Notes: a model not told the origin generated them from the sequence alone. A stretch of DNA of 64,000 nt from Eledone cirrhosa (GCA_964016885.1 OZ024755.1:34906001-34970000), one strand, 5' to 3'. Positions 39,991 through 54,618 are shown, counted from the stretch's first letter. Made by a program: numbers and translations.

Positions 39991-40367
39991 ATAATTTCAT
40001 TTATTAGCCACAAGGGCCAACATGTAGGGGACAATACAAAGACAGGGACAGTGGGGGGTTTACAATAAGGTCCAGTAAAAGTGCACAATGGCAAGACTAA
40101 TTCAACAATGAAGATATAAAAAACATAACAACAACACAACAACACACCAACATAACAACAACAATACAACAATGAAAGTATTCAGTGTTACAATATATTT
40201 CCATATCCATCCCATGTGTAAAGTTATCACGAATTTTAAAGTAATATCAAAAGAAGATTTGTCGTTATTGAAATATTAGTCTACTAAAAGTGACTAAAGA
40301 AAATTAGTCAGACTTGTCATCTTGTGTTTTACTTAATTACATTCACAATATGTGCATAATAATAATT

Positions 40368-40935
40368 ATAATGATAATGAAGATAATGATGATGGTGATG
40401 GGGGTTGGTGATGGGGGTTGGTGGTGGTGGTGATGATGGTGATGGGGGTTGGTGTTGGTGGTGGTGGTGGTGGTGGTGGTGATGGGGGTTGGTGGTGGTG
40501 GTGGTGGTGGTGATGGGGGTTGGTGGTGGTGGTGGTGGTGGTGGTGATGATGATGATGATGGTGATGGGTGATGGTGGTGGTGGTGATGATGGTGATAAT
40601 GGGTGTTGGTGGTGGTGGTGGTGATGATGGGTGTTGGTGGTGGTGATGATGGTGGTGGTGATGATGGTAATGGGGGTTGGTGGTGGTGATGATGATGATG
40701 ATGGTGGTGGTGGTTGGAGGGAGGTGATGATGATGATGATGATAATGGTGGTGATGGTGGTGATGGGGTTGGTGGTGGTGGTGATGATGATGATGGTGGT
40801 GATGGTGATGGGGGGGTGATGGTGGGAGGCGATGATGTTGATGATAATGATGGTGATGGTGATCATATTGATGCTGATGGTGGTGGTGGTGGTAATGATG
40901 GAGGTGGTGATTAAGATGGTAATGATGATGATGGC
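40368..40935. repeat. (GGT/GAT)n microsatellite
   Basis: Visible. Confidence 0.9.
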
Positions 40936-41160
40936 AGTCTCGCTTGGGGATCCAGCCGGGTCAGTTGGAGATGGTTGCTTCTAACAGAACCCACTGGAAG
41001 GAATGTTCAAGGACTCTGCCCCCCCCCCCCTATGCCCCTTTCAGGAATAAGTGGATGAAGAAGAAAGAAGAAGCTCTGGCATGTGGATAGACCACAGCAT
41101 CTTAACCCCTTTATTACCATATTTCTAGTGAAAGATGCTACCTATGCACAATTCTGAAAA

Positions 41161-41360
41161 TAATTGTTTCTACTTTTTGGCACAAGGCCAGCAATTATCC
41201 CAGTGCATTACTGGTACTTTATTTTATCGACCCCCCCCCCCCCGTAAGGATGAAAGGCAAAGTTAACCTCGCCGGGATTTGAACTCAGTCCGTAAAGAAA
41301 CGTAACTGTGCTGCAAACTATGGCATCTGACCCTCTACCGATACTGCCAATCCACCGCCT
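41161..41360 (-). mobile_element. SINE family N
   Basis: Homology to other copies. Confidence 0.85.
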
Positions 41361-41593
41361 TTCTGCCAATCCACCCCCTTCTGCCAATCCACTGCACAAT
41401 TCTGAAAATAATGAAGAATTTTGAGGGATTTAATGAAGAATTTTGAGGGATTTTGAGGGATTTAATGAAGAATTTTGAGGGATTTTGAGGGATTTAAGTT
41501 GGTGCTTGGAACATATCTTAACAAAGGTTCTACTATAAAATTATGAAGAAGGTTTTTAGATCAATATAAATTCTTCAACACAAGCAGTTTTGT

Positions 41594-41793
41594 NNNNNNN
41601 NNNNNNNNNNNNNNNNNNNNNNNNNNNNNNNNNNNNNNNNNNNNNNNNNNNNNNNNNNNNNNNNNNNNNNNNNNNNNNNNNNNNNNNNNNNNNNNNNNNN
41701 NNNNNNNNNNNNNNNNNNNNNNNNNNNNNNNNNNNNNNNNNNNNNNNNNNNNNNNNNNNNNNNNNNNNNNNNNNNNNNNNNNNNNNNNNNNNN
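41594..41793. other. Assembly gap (200 N)
   Basis: Run of N. Confidence 1.
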
Positions 41794-42221
41794 ACAAGCA
41801 GTTTTGTATTTTCGAACCAGAGCTGGCTTCAGGCAGTTTGATATAAAAAAAAAAGTTAGCATCCGTCTTTTTTTGTTCGTGTTTGTGGAGGTTGGCTGTG
41901 ACTGTTATAAAGAATATAACCAATTGTCTTTTTAGCAAAGCATATCATTTTGTAATTAGATACCAACATTTTCAAAGTTATCTCCCATTCCAACACATGG
42001 TTCTTTTTCATTTAACACTCAATGAAGTTAGAAACAATGGAGCGACATTGAATATTTTCCAAGATTAAACATGATCAGTCAACTTTTATTTTACTTTTAG
42101 TTTTGTTTTCCCACTTAAAGATATTCTGTTTGACCTCCATAACACGATACATTGTGGGTATGATGAACCAGTAACTCCTGATGGCGTGTGCCATAGTGGC
42201 ATATAGCCTGTCTTGGACATT

Positions 42222-42867
42222 TTAACCTTTTAACATTTAAACCGGCCATGTCTGGCCAGAATTCGCTCACCTTTTTTATGTTTAAAAAGGCTGTAACCAG
42301 CCACTCATACTGATGTTAAAGTATTTTTCTCAAAATATATATTAAAATCACATAGATTCAATATTATGTAAGATAAAGCCTTTACCATGAAAATACAATA
42401 GTATATATAGAATAATGTAAATGCCAAATTGTTACTGCAAACCATATATAACCCTTTAGCATTTAAACCGGCCATATCTGGCCAGAATTCTCTCACCTCT
42501 TTCTGTTCAAACCGGCTGTAACTGGCCACTCATACCAACTTTAAGGTATTATTCTCAAAATGAATAACATCATCAAAAAGTTGTAGATTTGATATTATGT
42601 GAGATAATTATGTGAGATAAAGCACGACAATATAATAGTATAATTGTTTCCACTTTTGGCACAAGGCCAGCAATTACCCCAGTGTATTACTGGTACTTTA
42701 TTTTATCGACCCCCGTAAGGATGAAAGACAAAGTTAACCTCGGCAGGATTTGAACTTACATCATAAAGGGCCATAACTCTATGCTGTAAAGCATCGCGTC
42801 CGACCCTCTACCGATACTGCCAATCCACCGCTCTTATAGTAGAATAATGTAAATGCTTAAGGGTTAA
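42222..42867. mobile_element. Two adjacent piggyBac-type MITEs, the second interrupted by a SINE N (42641-42832, minus)
   Basis: TTAACC / TAACCCTTTAGC starts; final AAGGG-TTAA. Confidence 0.75.
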
Positions 42868-44384
42868 ATCTAGCAGAACCAATCCCTTCTCAATGTCTGA
42901 ACACATCCAATTTCTTCCTAAGAAAGAATGAGAGTGATAGAATGGAAGTGACAAAGAGATATTGAAAAAGAATCGATACCAGTTCTGATCTGAAACTTTT
43001 TTATCAGGAACAAGATATGATTCTAAGTTTGATATATGGAAATTGCCTGGACAACCTTCATATATCATGGTAGAAAAGTTACAAATTGTATTCAGTTGTA
43101 TAAATATTCCCTCAAATATTTTTTGTTTTGATATTTTATAGCCATAATCCTAGATGAAGTATGGATGGGGTAAATGTCTTCTCAACTCCTGTCAACTACT
43201 ATTAAGACTCAGTCAAGCAGACTAATACGGTTTTTTTCTCCAGTACAACTAAATAGTAAAGTTTAAATATGTTCAACATCTTAACTTCACATCCAATATG
43301 TTTATCAACATTTTATATGCAAAAATTTTATTTAACAAAAATTCTTTCCTATTTTTTCTTGAACAAAAAACAAAAATGGTCGTAAAAATCTTGTTGAATT
43401 CATTCCTTTTTTATATTTTATAGATGCTTACACACACACGCTGCACGCACACTCACACACACTCACACACACTTGTTGGAATTAATCACAAATATTTTTT
43501 ACTTACTTTGTCTGAGATTAACTAAGTAGATTACCAAGGATCAGTCTGTTGATGTAAAATTGTTAGGAAGTAAATAAAAAAATAAATTCTTTATTTATGT
43601 CAAATCAACTATGTTAGCAACAGCAAAGCCTAAAAACGTATGTTGCCAGTCAAATCTTTGCTTTTCTTTTTCTTTTCAATCTCACTAGCAAATACCAAAC
43701 ATTTGAGGGGGCCGAAATGAAAGTCATCAAATTATTAGAGTTATTGAATTGAAATGGTATTGGATTTAGAGGCAAAGAGAAAGTACTTTATTTGTAATCA
43801 AATATAAATGTTTATGTGGTTAGTTTCTTAGTTTAATTTGGGCGGAATATTCCTTTGGGTTGTTTGAAAATGGAATTATATGACAAGGTGATTTATCTGT
43901 AGCTTGTTTGGGCACTATACACAGCATCAACGTATAGTCTGTAGAATGACTCCATTTAACTAGTTTCAAAATTTCTGTATCCTATATGTTAAAGTGTTAT
44001 ATTAAGAAGAGGTGGGGAGATGTTCTAATACCTGGGGCAAAATGCAAGTACAAAAGAACTTGTGGTGATGCATCCATAATTTTACAAATTCATTGGTATG
44101 CAGCTTATAATTAAATTGATGTTTTGCTCTTCAGGCTTCAATCATTCTTTTTATATGGACTTTTAGATGTTCTTTCAGTGGATGGTTTCAAATTTGAATG
44201 TGGATGAAATCTTTGCCACAGGCAAAATACCCACCAAGTCTCTAATACAGAGCATATGTTGTTTTTGCTATATTTAATAATGTTTTAATAATTGATAATG
44301 ATAAGTTCATCGATATGCCCTCAATAGCAGGCAAGTTTATCTCAGGATAATATAACTGATATCTCTTCATTATAACGTTATTAA

Positions 44385-44782
44385 GGGCGGTGGATTGGCA
44401 GTATCGATAGAGGGTCGGACGCCATGCTTTGACGCATAGAGTTACGGCCCATGCCATTATGAGTTCAAATCACGCCGAGGTTAACTTTGCCTTTCATCCT
44501 TACAGGGTCGATAAAATAAAGTACCAGTAATGCACTGGGTAATTGCTGGCCTTGTGCCTAAAGTAGAAACAATTATAACTTTATTAAGGGTGGTGTGTTG
44601 GCAGTATCGGTAGAGCGTCAGGCACCATGCTTTGCAGCATAGAGTTACGGCTTTTTACATTCCGAGTTCAAATCCCGCTGTGGTTAAACTTAGCTTTTCA
44701 TCCTTACAGGGTCAATAAAATAAAGTACCAGTAATGCACTGGGGTAATTGCTGGCCTTGTGCCAAAAGTAGAAACAATTATT
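44385..44782 (+). mobile_element. Two tandem full-length SINE N copies
   Basis: Heads at 44385 and 44588; B-box GAGTTCAAATC. Confidence 0.9.
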
Positions 44783-45277
44783 ACTGACTTAACATATATG
44801 TCAAGGATTTACTGGTTATAAAGATATATATCAAATTTAATAGAGAAATGGTTTCTACAGGACTAGAACTGTTTCATTCAAAGGAAATCATTTCAATATT
44901 AAATTTCATGTTTACACTCTATCAGTATATTGAGTACCTTATTTACTGTGGTTATGCCCCATTGGACATGGCACTGATACATATATATATATATGTGGCT
45001 AGGGACATTACTACTCTTAGTTTCAAATAATTGTTTCTACTTTTGGCTCAAAGCCAGCATTTACCCCAGTGCATTACTGGTGCTTTATTTTATCGACCCT
45101 GTAAGGATAAAAGATAAAGGATCAAATAGTGGTGATAAACTAAGCAACAGTCTATGTCTATTACTCCAAAACTAAAACAGTCACCCCAATTAGTTTCCAC
45201 ACAGCTTTTGTCAACTAAATTTCACTCACAGGACATTGGTTGAATTGTATTTATCATAGAAGACACAGTATATCAAG

Positions 45278-45510
45278 AGTCGATCAACAAGATCCCAGAG
45301 TGGAACTCATCAAATCGGACCGAGGAAACAATGTTTCCGTTGGTCTTTCCAATTGCTAATACTATCTATTGGTCACAACTCCAGGTAGAACGAGCAACAT
45401 GAAATAAAGTGTCTTGCTCAAGGACATAATGCATTGCCCGGTCCAGGAATCGAAATCACAACCTCACGATTGCAAATACATTTCTCTAACCACTCAACCA
45501 TGCACTTTCA
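45278..45510 (-). mobile_element. CORE-like SINE family C
   Basis: Homologous to 19213-19437. Confidence 0.8.
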
Positions 45511-46334
45511 TAATATATTTCACAGCAATATTGAACCCCAAAACATGTAGATGCAATGCAAACCTTTTAATCACTCATGCATACAACCATAGATATTAAA
45601 GCAGAATTATTTGATTCATTGCTTGTGAACATCAAACACCTCATTTTTATCATGTTTATTGATGTACAATGTCTGTTGTTTTCCTAAATGTTAACACCAT
45701 CAACTGTAAAGGAAGATCATTGAAGACAGACTTCTAAGAGGTTATTAGTTACTAGGGTATATATATAGATGTCATTGTAAGAACAGATTCCTATTGATTC
45801 AATGACTCATGAATGCATTAGGCTTTTAACCTAGTGTTTGCACCAATTATGCAGTATTTCAGAGATTACCATTACATCCTGTTTCATTGTCAGAATACAT
45901 AATAAACCTGGATTAAAAAGAACACTATATAAAAATGCAGAAAGGAAATAAAGAAGAACAACAAATTAAAGCCAGTTGTTAGCAAATGAAATGAAAATTA
46001 ACATCTTAGAAGAATTACACTGAATATTGATGTCTTTCGCAGAATATTGATGTCAGAATAGTTATGAATGTAGCTTCAATTATCAAATTAATATACTGAC
46101 TATTATAAGAAATATTGATATATTTACTGCATTAATCTTAGAAGAAACACATTTAAGAATTAAGTGTTGCACAGAGATATTTTAATAATGGTTTCTTATA
46201 TAGGCACAAGGCCAGCAATTTTGGGGGAGGGGAAAGTCGATTAAATCAACCCCAGTACGTGACTGGTACTATAGTTTATCGACCCTGTAAGGAAGAAAGG
46301 CAAAGTTAATCTCGGCTAGATTTGAATTCAAAGA

Positions 46335-46512
46335 TCAACAGCATGTAGAGAATTACCACAAACACTATCCCTGTAGTAACAAAGGCATTAGGATTAATAC
46401 CAAAATCCTCAGAACTTCATCTTAGCGTCCTTCCCTGCAAGATCAGCAAATATGAGCTACAGAAGATCAGGCTACTAGGAACAATAGACATTCTCAGATG
46501 AGTTCTCTCTCT
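46335..46512 (+). pseudogene. R4/Dong-like LINE C-terminal (RLE-end) fragment
   Basis: TIPVVTKALGLIPK..ELQKIRLLGTIDILR*VL matches the IPIVIGALG..LQK..LLGTA.ILR pattern. Confidence 0.65.
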
Positions 46513-46573
46513 ACAATGAAAACCTCTATTGCCAGGTTCAAGGCCTGAAACCAGCAATACAGAAACAGATACT

Positions 46574-47150
46574 TTAACCCTTTAATGTTCAAACCGGTCA
46601 AAACCGGCCAGAATTCTCTACCTCTTTCTGTTGAAACTGGTCGCTCAAATTGATGTTAAGGTATTGTTCTCAAAATAAATACTTTCAAAATCTCATAGAT
46701 TCGATGTTATGTGAGATATTATGTGAGGTAAAGCCTTTACCATGAAAATACAATAGCATATATAGAGTAATGTAAATGTTATGTGAGATATTATGTGAGG
46801 TAAAGCCTTTACCATGAAAATAGAATAGTATATATAGAGTAATGTAAATGTTATGTGAGATATTATGTGAGGTAAAGCCTTTACTGTGAAAATACAATAG
46901 TATATATAGAGTAATGTAAATGTTATGTGAGATATTATGTGAGGTAAAGCCTTTACCATGAAAATACAATAGTATATATAGATTAATGTAAATGTTATGT
47001 GAGATATTATGTGAGGTAAAGCCTTTACCATGAAAATACAATAGTATATATAGAGTAATGTAAATGTTATGTGAGATATTATGTGAGGTAAAGCCTTTAC
47101 TGTGAAAATACAATAGTATATATAGAGTAATGTAAATGCTAAAGGGTTAA
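46574..47150. mobile_element. piggyBac-type MITE with six internal 72-bp units
   Basis: Both TTAA/CCC and GGG/TTAA ends present. Confidence 0.85.
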
Positions 47151-47152
47151 GA

Positions 47153-47345
47153 ATAATTGTTTCTACATTTGGCACAAGACCAGCAATTATCCCAGCACAT
47201 TACTGGTACTTTATTTTATCGACCCCGTAAGGATGAAAGGCAAAGTTAACCTCAGCGGGATTTGAACTCAGACCATAAAGGGACGTAACTCTATGCCGCA
47301 AAGCATGGCGTCCGACCCTCTCCCGGTACTGCCAATCCACCATCC
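47153..47345 (-). mobile_element. SINE family N
   Basis: Homology to other copies. Confidence 0.85.
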
Positions 47346-47564
47346 TTACTTTATGAATAATAACATTTAGGTAGAGTTTACCTTGAAGGTAATTTTCTCT
47401 AGATTTTCCTAAGGTGGCTGTTGTTAGCTGTTTTATTAATACTGAGCTCGGTCATTAGGATAAATTTGCATATGTGTTGTATTAATCAGTTGTTTGTTTA
47501 TGTAAATAGGAACAATGATTCATAGAGATGGCGGAGAATAACATGTATTGATATATTTATAACA

Positions 47565-47676
47565 TGTATGTATGTATGTTTGTATGTGCACACACACATA
47601 CACACGCATACATAGACACACATACACACACACATGCACATACATAGACACACACACATGCACACACATACAAACA

Positions 47677-47716
<40 letters not shown>

Positions 47717-50071
47717 CACATACACACACACACACACACATGCACACACACACACACACATGCACACACATGCATACACATACATGCACACACACACATG
47801 CACACACACACATGCACACACACATACATGCACATACATACACACACATACACATACACACACATGCACATACACACACACATGCACACACACACACACA
47901 CATGCACATACATACACACACACACAAACACACACATACACACACACACATACACACCACACATGCACACACCACACACGCATATATATTTAGATTAATA
48001 TGATATGGACATGGTCTTGGAAAACTGGAGATGAATAATTAAATTGGGTTCTTGAAAAATCAATAAAAATTATTGCAATGTGATAACAGGGTTTCTACCA
48101 CACACACATTCATGCATACATGCACATACGCACACATATATATATACACATACATAGACATACACATGCATACATACATACACACATATATATATATATA
48201 TACACATACAGACATACAGATGCATATATACATACATACACACATATATATATATACACATACATAGACATACAGATGCATATATACATACACACATATA
48301 TATATATATATACACATACACATACATAGACATACAGATGCATATATACATACACACATATATATATATATACACATACACATACATAGACATACAGATG
48401 CATATATACATACACACACACATATATATATATATACACATACATAGACATACAGATGCATATATACATACACACATATATATATATACACATACACATA
48501 CATAGACATACAGATGCATATATACATACATACACACATATATATATATACACATACATAGACATACAGATGCATATATACATACATACACACATATATA
48601 TATACACATACATAGACATACAGATGCATATATATACATACACACATATATATATATACACATACACATACATAGACATACAGATGCATATATACATACA
48701 CACATATATATATATACACATACACATACATAGACATACAGATGTATATATACATACATACACACACATATATATATATATATACACATACACATACATA
48801 GACATACAGATGCATATATACATACACACATATATATATATACACATACACATACATAGACATACAGATGCATATATACATACACACATATATATATATA
48901 CACATACACATACATAGACATACAGATGCATATATACATACACACATATATATATATACACACATACACATACATAGACATACAGATGCATATATACATA
49001 CATACACACATATATATATATACACATACAAAGACATACAGATGCATATATACATACACACACATATATATATACACATACACATACATAGACATACAGA
49101 TGCATATATACATACATACACACATATATATATATACACATACACACAGATGCATATATACATACACACATATATATATATACACATACACAGACATACA
49201 GATGCATATATACATACATACACACATATATATATATACACATACACACAGATGCATATATACATACACACATATATATATATATACACAGACATACAGA
49301 TGCATATATACATACATACACACATATATATATATACACATACACATACATAGACATACAGATGCATATATACATACATACACACATATATATATATACA
49401 CATGCATAGACATACAGATGCATATATACATACACACATATATACACATACACATACATAGACACACAGATGCATATATACATACACACATATATATATA
49501 TACACATACACATACATAGACATACAGATGCATATATACATACATACACACATATATATATATACACATACACACAGATGCATATATACATACACATATA
49601 TATATATATACACATACACATACATAGACATACAGATGGATATATACATACATACACACATATATATATATACACATACATAGACATACATATGCATATA
49701 TACATACACACATATATATATATATACACAGACATACAGATGCATATATACATACACACATATATATATATACACATACACAGACATACAGATGCATATA
49801 TACATACACATACATAGACATACAGATGCATATATACATACACACATATATATATATACACATACACATACATACAGATGCATATATACATACACATATA
49901 TATATATATACACATACACATACATAGACATACAGATGCATATATACATACACACATATATATATATATACACATACACATACATAGACATACAGATGCA
50001 TATATACATACACACATATATATATATACACATACACATACATAGACATACACATGCATACATACATACAC

Positions 50072-50102
<31 letters not shown>

Positions 50103-50325
50103 CACATACATATATACATACACACATATATATACACATACACAGACATACAGATGCATATATACATACACATATATATATATATATACACAGACATACA
50201 TAGACATACACATACATACATACACACACATATATATACATACATACACACATATATATATACACATACATAGACATACAGATGCATATATATACATACA
50301 TACAGACATATATATATATACATAC
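47565..50325. repeat. (CA)n tract and a ~50-60-bp CA/TA-rich minisatellite (core AGACATACAGATGCATATATAC)
   Basis: Visible; source of the 745-782 aa spurious ORFs. Confidence 0.95.
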
Positions 50326-51435
50326 AGTGGGAATATGAAGAAAGCAAGAACAGGGGGTGGAGTTTTCCTCATCAGTTGTCAACTGGGGGTCTAGAATAGT
50401 TCTACGCTTCAAAGACAAGATACCACTTCACCCCAGGGCGTCAATAACTGGTTAAGTTATTGGGAAAACGAAGGAAGGAGGGAAGGAAAGCAAAAGGGGA
50501 AGAAAAGAGAAACAATAACAAAACAGTGAAAAAAAAAAACACAAACCGAGCAATGTGTGAGCAACTTTGTGTGTATATGTATGTATATATGTATGCAACT
50601 TTATGTATATATGTATGTTACACACTGTATATACACATGTACATGTGTATGTATATGTATATGTGCGTATACATGGGTGCATATGTATGTTACACACTGT
50701 ATATACACATGTACATGTGTATGTATATGTATATGTGCGTATACATGGGTGCATATGTATGTATATGCGCAAAGACATAGAAAAGGTCGGGCTGGACACC
50801 CGATCGCACGGTTAAACCACTGGGAGTGACAGACCCGTAGCCTTTGTCAGGGCATTCTTCTAGGAGAAGGCAACTCAAACTGGGATAACTCCGATATAAA
50901 ACCTGCAGCTCAGTAGTTACCGATGATGTTGATCTTTTCTTCTTTTCAGGTTATAGCTACTGTCGCTCAGAGAGTGGGATTGGCTCAGTGCACAGTCTTT
51001 CCTCGCTTTAAAAAATATCTTCACGCACAGGCATTGCACGATCGAATTAGTTGGTAATTATTAATAATGGTATAACGTGCAATGGCCATACTCGATAATA
51101 AGGGGGCAGCCATCATATATGTATGCATGTATATATGTATGCATATATGTGGTTGGTGTTAAGAAGGGCATCCAGCTGTAAAAAACCTGCCAGAGACGCT
51201 TCCGTGCGAGCGAGACATGGTCTCCCGACCATTCCTGCATCAAATGGAACTAAACCGTCTAACCCATGCTAGCATGGAAGATGGATGTTAAACGATGATG
51301 ATGCTTATGTAAATATGTATGTATATATGTATATTGGATACCATCAGGGTTGCAGGTGTTATATCAGAGTTTTCCTTCTCCTAGAATTCTGCCTTGACAA
51401 AGGCTAAGGGGTCATCTTCTTTTTGGTAAATATCA

Positions 51436-51720
51436 GGCTTAGTGGTTAGAGCATTGGACTTGCAATCGAAGGGTTGTGAGTTCAATTCTCAGACCGTGTG
51501 TTGTGTTGTTTCCTTGAGCAAGACACTTTATTTCACATTGCTGCAGTTTACTCAGCTGTAGAAATGAGATGATAGGGACTGGGGTCCATATCATTCCACT
51601 GCAAAGTGGTCGTGGAGGTGCCACGGCAAAAAAGCACCCAGCACTCACTGTAGAAATCAAGCCAGAATCAGTTCCCGTCCCACCCTTGCAAGCAGGGAAA
51701 AGCGGACGTAAAATGATGAT
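51436..51720 (+). mobile_element. CORE-like SINE family C with RTE tail
   Basis: Near-identical to 9675-10015, with an internal deletion. Confidence 0.9.
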
Positions 51721-51730
51721 ATCGTCGTCG

Positions 51731-52070
51731 TCATCATCATCATTTCATTTTACGTCCACTTTTCCCTGCTTGCAAGGGTGGGACGGGAACTGATTCTGAC
51801 TTGATTTCTACAGCTGGATGCCCTTCCTAACACCAACCTCATTTACAGTGAGTGCTGGGTGCTTTTTTGCCGTGGCACCTCCACGACCACTTTGCAGTAG
51901 AATGATAGGGACCCCAGTCCCTATCATCTCATTTCTACAGGTGAGTAAACTGCAGCAATGTGAAATAAAGTGTCTTGCTCAAGGAAACAACACATCACCC
52001 GGTCTGAGAATTGAACTCACAACCTTTCGATTGCAAGGCCAATGCTCTAACCACTAAGCCATGTGCCTCC
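51731..52070 (-). mobile_element. CORE-like SINE family C with RTE tail, full length
   Basis: Reverse complement of 55644-55985. Confidence 0.9.
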
Positions 52071-52320
52071 ATACTATATATATATGTATATATTTTTTCC
52101 GAAGAAAAGAAGAAGTTATATTGTGTTGTTTACTTTCTAATTAAATATATATATATATATATACTGTATATATATATATATATATATATATGCAAAAGTT
52201 TTATTTAAAATTGTTGGGTTACAACAAGTAAATATTTTATAACTGATATAAAGCACTCAACAAGTTGATCAATATTTATGGTACGTCAAAATTATTTATA
52301 AAACTGTTTATATATTGTAT

Positions 52321-52376
52321 TTTATCTGAAGAAGGCATGCCATATTTTTAATATGGTATCCCCGAAATATGTATAA
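52321..52376 (+). ncRNA. Hammerhead-like motif, probably decayed
   Basis: CUGAAGA-stem II (AUGCCAUAUU/AAUAUGGUAU)-GAAA-UAUG-UA; stem I register is imperfect. Confidence 0.5.
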
Positions 52377-52423
52377 TGAAATAAATATGGTTTTATAAAT
52401 ATAGTTTCCATTTGTTTAATATC

Positions 52424-52473
<50 letters not shown>

Positions 52474-52689
52474 AAAATATTAAAAGTGACTATATGTCTG
52501 ACTAATAAGACTAGTGTTCAGATGTTTAAAGCTATGAGACTAATTGATTTTTTTAGTAGATTAAAAGTAACAAAGGAAGTATGAGATCTAGAAAAGTACA
52601 TTAAACTTGTTTCACTGATATATCATTTAGTATTGCTTGTTAACTATACAGGTATCACACATTGGAGTTGTAAATCTGTGGAGGCTGAG

Positions 52690-53520
52690 TCATTACCATC
52701 AGCAGCAGCACCATCATTATCATCATCTGCACCGGTACCACTATCATCACCATCACCAGCACCAACATCATCATTATCATTATCACCATCATCACCATCA
52801 TCACCATCATCATCACCATCATCACCAGTATCACCATCATCACCAGCATCACCATCATCATCATCATCATCACCAGTATCACCATCATCATCATCATCAG
52901 CACCATCATCACCAGCAGCATCATCATCAGCATCATCATCATCATCATCAGCACCATCATCATTATCACCATCATCACCACCACCATCATCATCACCAGT
53001 ATCACCATCATCATCATCATCACCATCACCATCATCACCAGCAACATCATCACTGCCATCATCATCATCATCACCAGCATCATCATCATCATCACCATCA
53101 CCAGCAGCACCATCAGCAACATCATCACCGCCATCATCATCACCAGCACCATGATCATCAGCATCATCATCACCAGTATCACCATCTTCAGCACCACCCT
53201 CATTATCCCCACTGTCACCATCACCACCGTCATCATCACCATCGTCATCATCGTCATCACCACCATTGTCATCACCAGCACCAATGCCATCATCATCACT
53301 GCCATCATTTCCACCACCATCTTCATCACCACCAGCAGCAGCAGCAGCAGCACCACCGCCACCACCACCACCACCACCACCACCACCACCACCACCACCA
53401 CCATCATCACTTCCACCACCAAGATCACCACCATCATCATCAGCAATGCCACCACTACCATCATCATCAACATCATTATATATATATATTATATATCATC
53501 ATCATCATCCTCATCATCGT
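52690..53520. repeat. (CAT/CAC/CAG)n microsatellite
   Basis: Visible; gives poly-His and poly-Ser/Pro ORFs. Confidence 0.95.
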
Positions 53521-53615
53521 TTTACATCTATCTCCCACGCTAGCATGGGTTAGACTGCTATATATATATATACATATATATCTACACACATATATATATA
53601 CATATATATATATAC

Positions 53616-53658
<43 letters not shown>

Positions 53659-53893
53659 TATACACATATATATATATACATATACACACATATATATACA
53701 CATATATATATATACATATATATATATATACATATATATATATGCATATATATATATATACATATATGTAGGAGGTGAGTTTTATTGTAGTACAATAAAG
53801 CAATGCAGATATCGGATAAGAAGCACTCTACAGTTTGTGGGACTGGAGTATGCATAATATAAGATCAAAAGATGGTTAAAGGAGTTCCATATA

Positions 53894-53960
53894 TTTTATT
53901 ATGCGCATTTCAAAAACAAACATCATCAAGCAATAATATTTGTGTTTTCATCAGATAAAA
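53894..53960 (-). ncRNA. Type I hammerhead motif (element A, left arm)
   Basis: Reverse complement of 54062-54128. Confidence 0.75.
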
Positions 53961-54061
53961 CAGGAGAACATGATATGAAGGCTAAAAAACACTTGTTGAT
54001 AGTGCAGTTTTAAATCAACATATGTTGATTTAAAACTGCACTATCAACAAGTGTTCTCCTG

Positions 54062-54128
54062 TTTTATCTGATGAAAACACAAATATTATTGCTTGATGAT
54101 GTTTGTTTTTGAAATGCGCATAATAAAA
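54062..54128 (+). ncRNA. Type I hammerhead motif (element A, right arm)
   Basis: UUUUAU-CUGAUGA-long stem II-GAAA-UGCGCA-UA-AUAAAA; palindromic AUGCGCAU stem III, 6-bp stem I, triplet AUA. Confidence 0.8.
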
Positions 54129-54196
54129 TATATGGAACTCCTTTAACCATCTTTTGATCTTATATTATATATACATATATATATATATATATATAC

Positions 54197-54259
<63 letters not shown>

Positions 54260-54260
54260 T

Positions 54261-54302
<42 letters not shown>

Positions 54303-54504
54303 CATCATCATCATCATTTTACGTCCGCTTTTCCCTGCTTGCAAGGGATACATATATATACATATATAGACTCAGAGACGGCGAGGTATGATAAAAACAT
54401 GCAACATCGTTCATCTCTGTGTCAAAAACATAAACACACTTTTTCTTTGCTTGTTTCCTTAAAGTTTACCATTATTCCATTGGTATAAATCTATTACGCA
54501 ATTT

Positions 54505-54562
54505 ACACCTGAAGATGTCACCAGGTTTTTATGCAACTTGGCCACTAAAATGTGCATAGTGT
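54505..54562 (+). ncRNA. Decayed hammerhead motif
   Basis: ACAC-CUGAAGA-stem II-AAAA (G of GAAA lost)-UGUGCA-UA-GUGU. Confidence 0.5.
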
Positions 54563-54618
54563 TTGCAGTAATGAATAATTAAAGAAATTCAACATTTTTG
54601 GCCTCCTATAATTCCACT

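Larger units (their letters stand above)
53854..54168. repeat. 315-bp fold-back palindrome of element A
   Basis: Centre CA-TA-TG at 54021/54022; arms are reverse complements except for an ~20-bp indel. Confidence 0.95.

Noticed and set aside
42870-43330. Possible decayed transposase on the minus strand
   Set aside because: Only vague coding-like composition; no motif I can identify
48060-50418. 745-782 aa ORFs
   Set aside because: Translations of a CA/TA minisatellite open in all three minus frames; no protein complexity
52633-53857. Poly-His and Ser/Pro-rich ORFs
   Set aside because: (CAT/CAC)n microsatellite running into (TA)n; open in several frames; no splice or domain evidence
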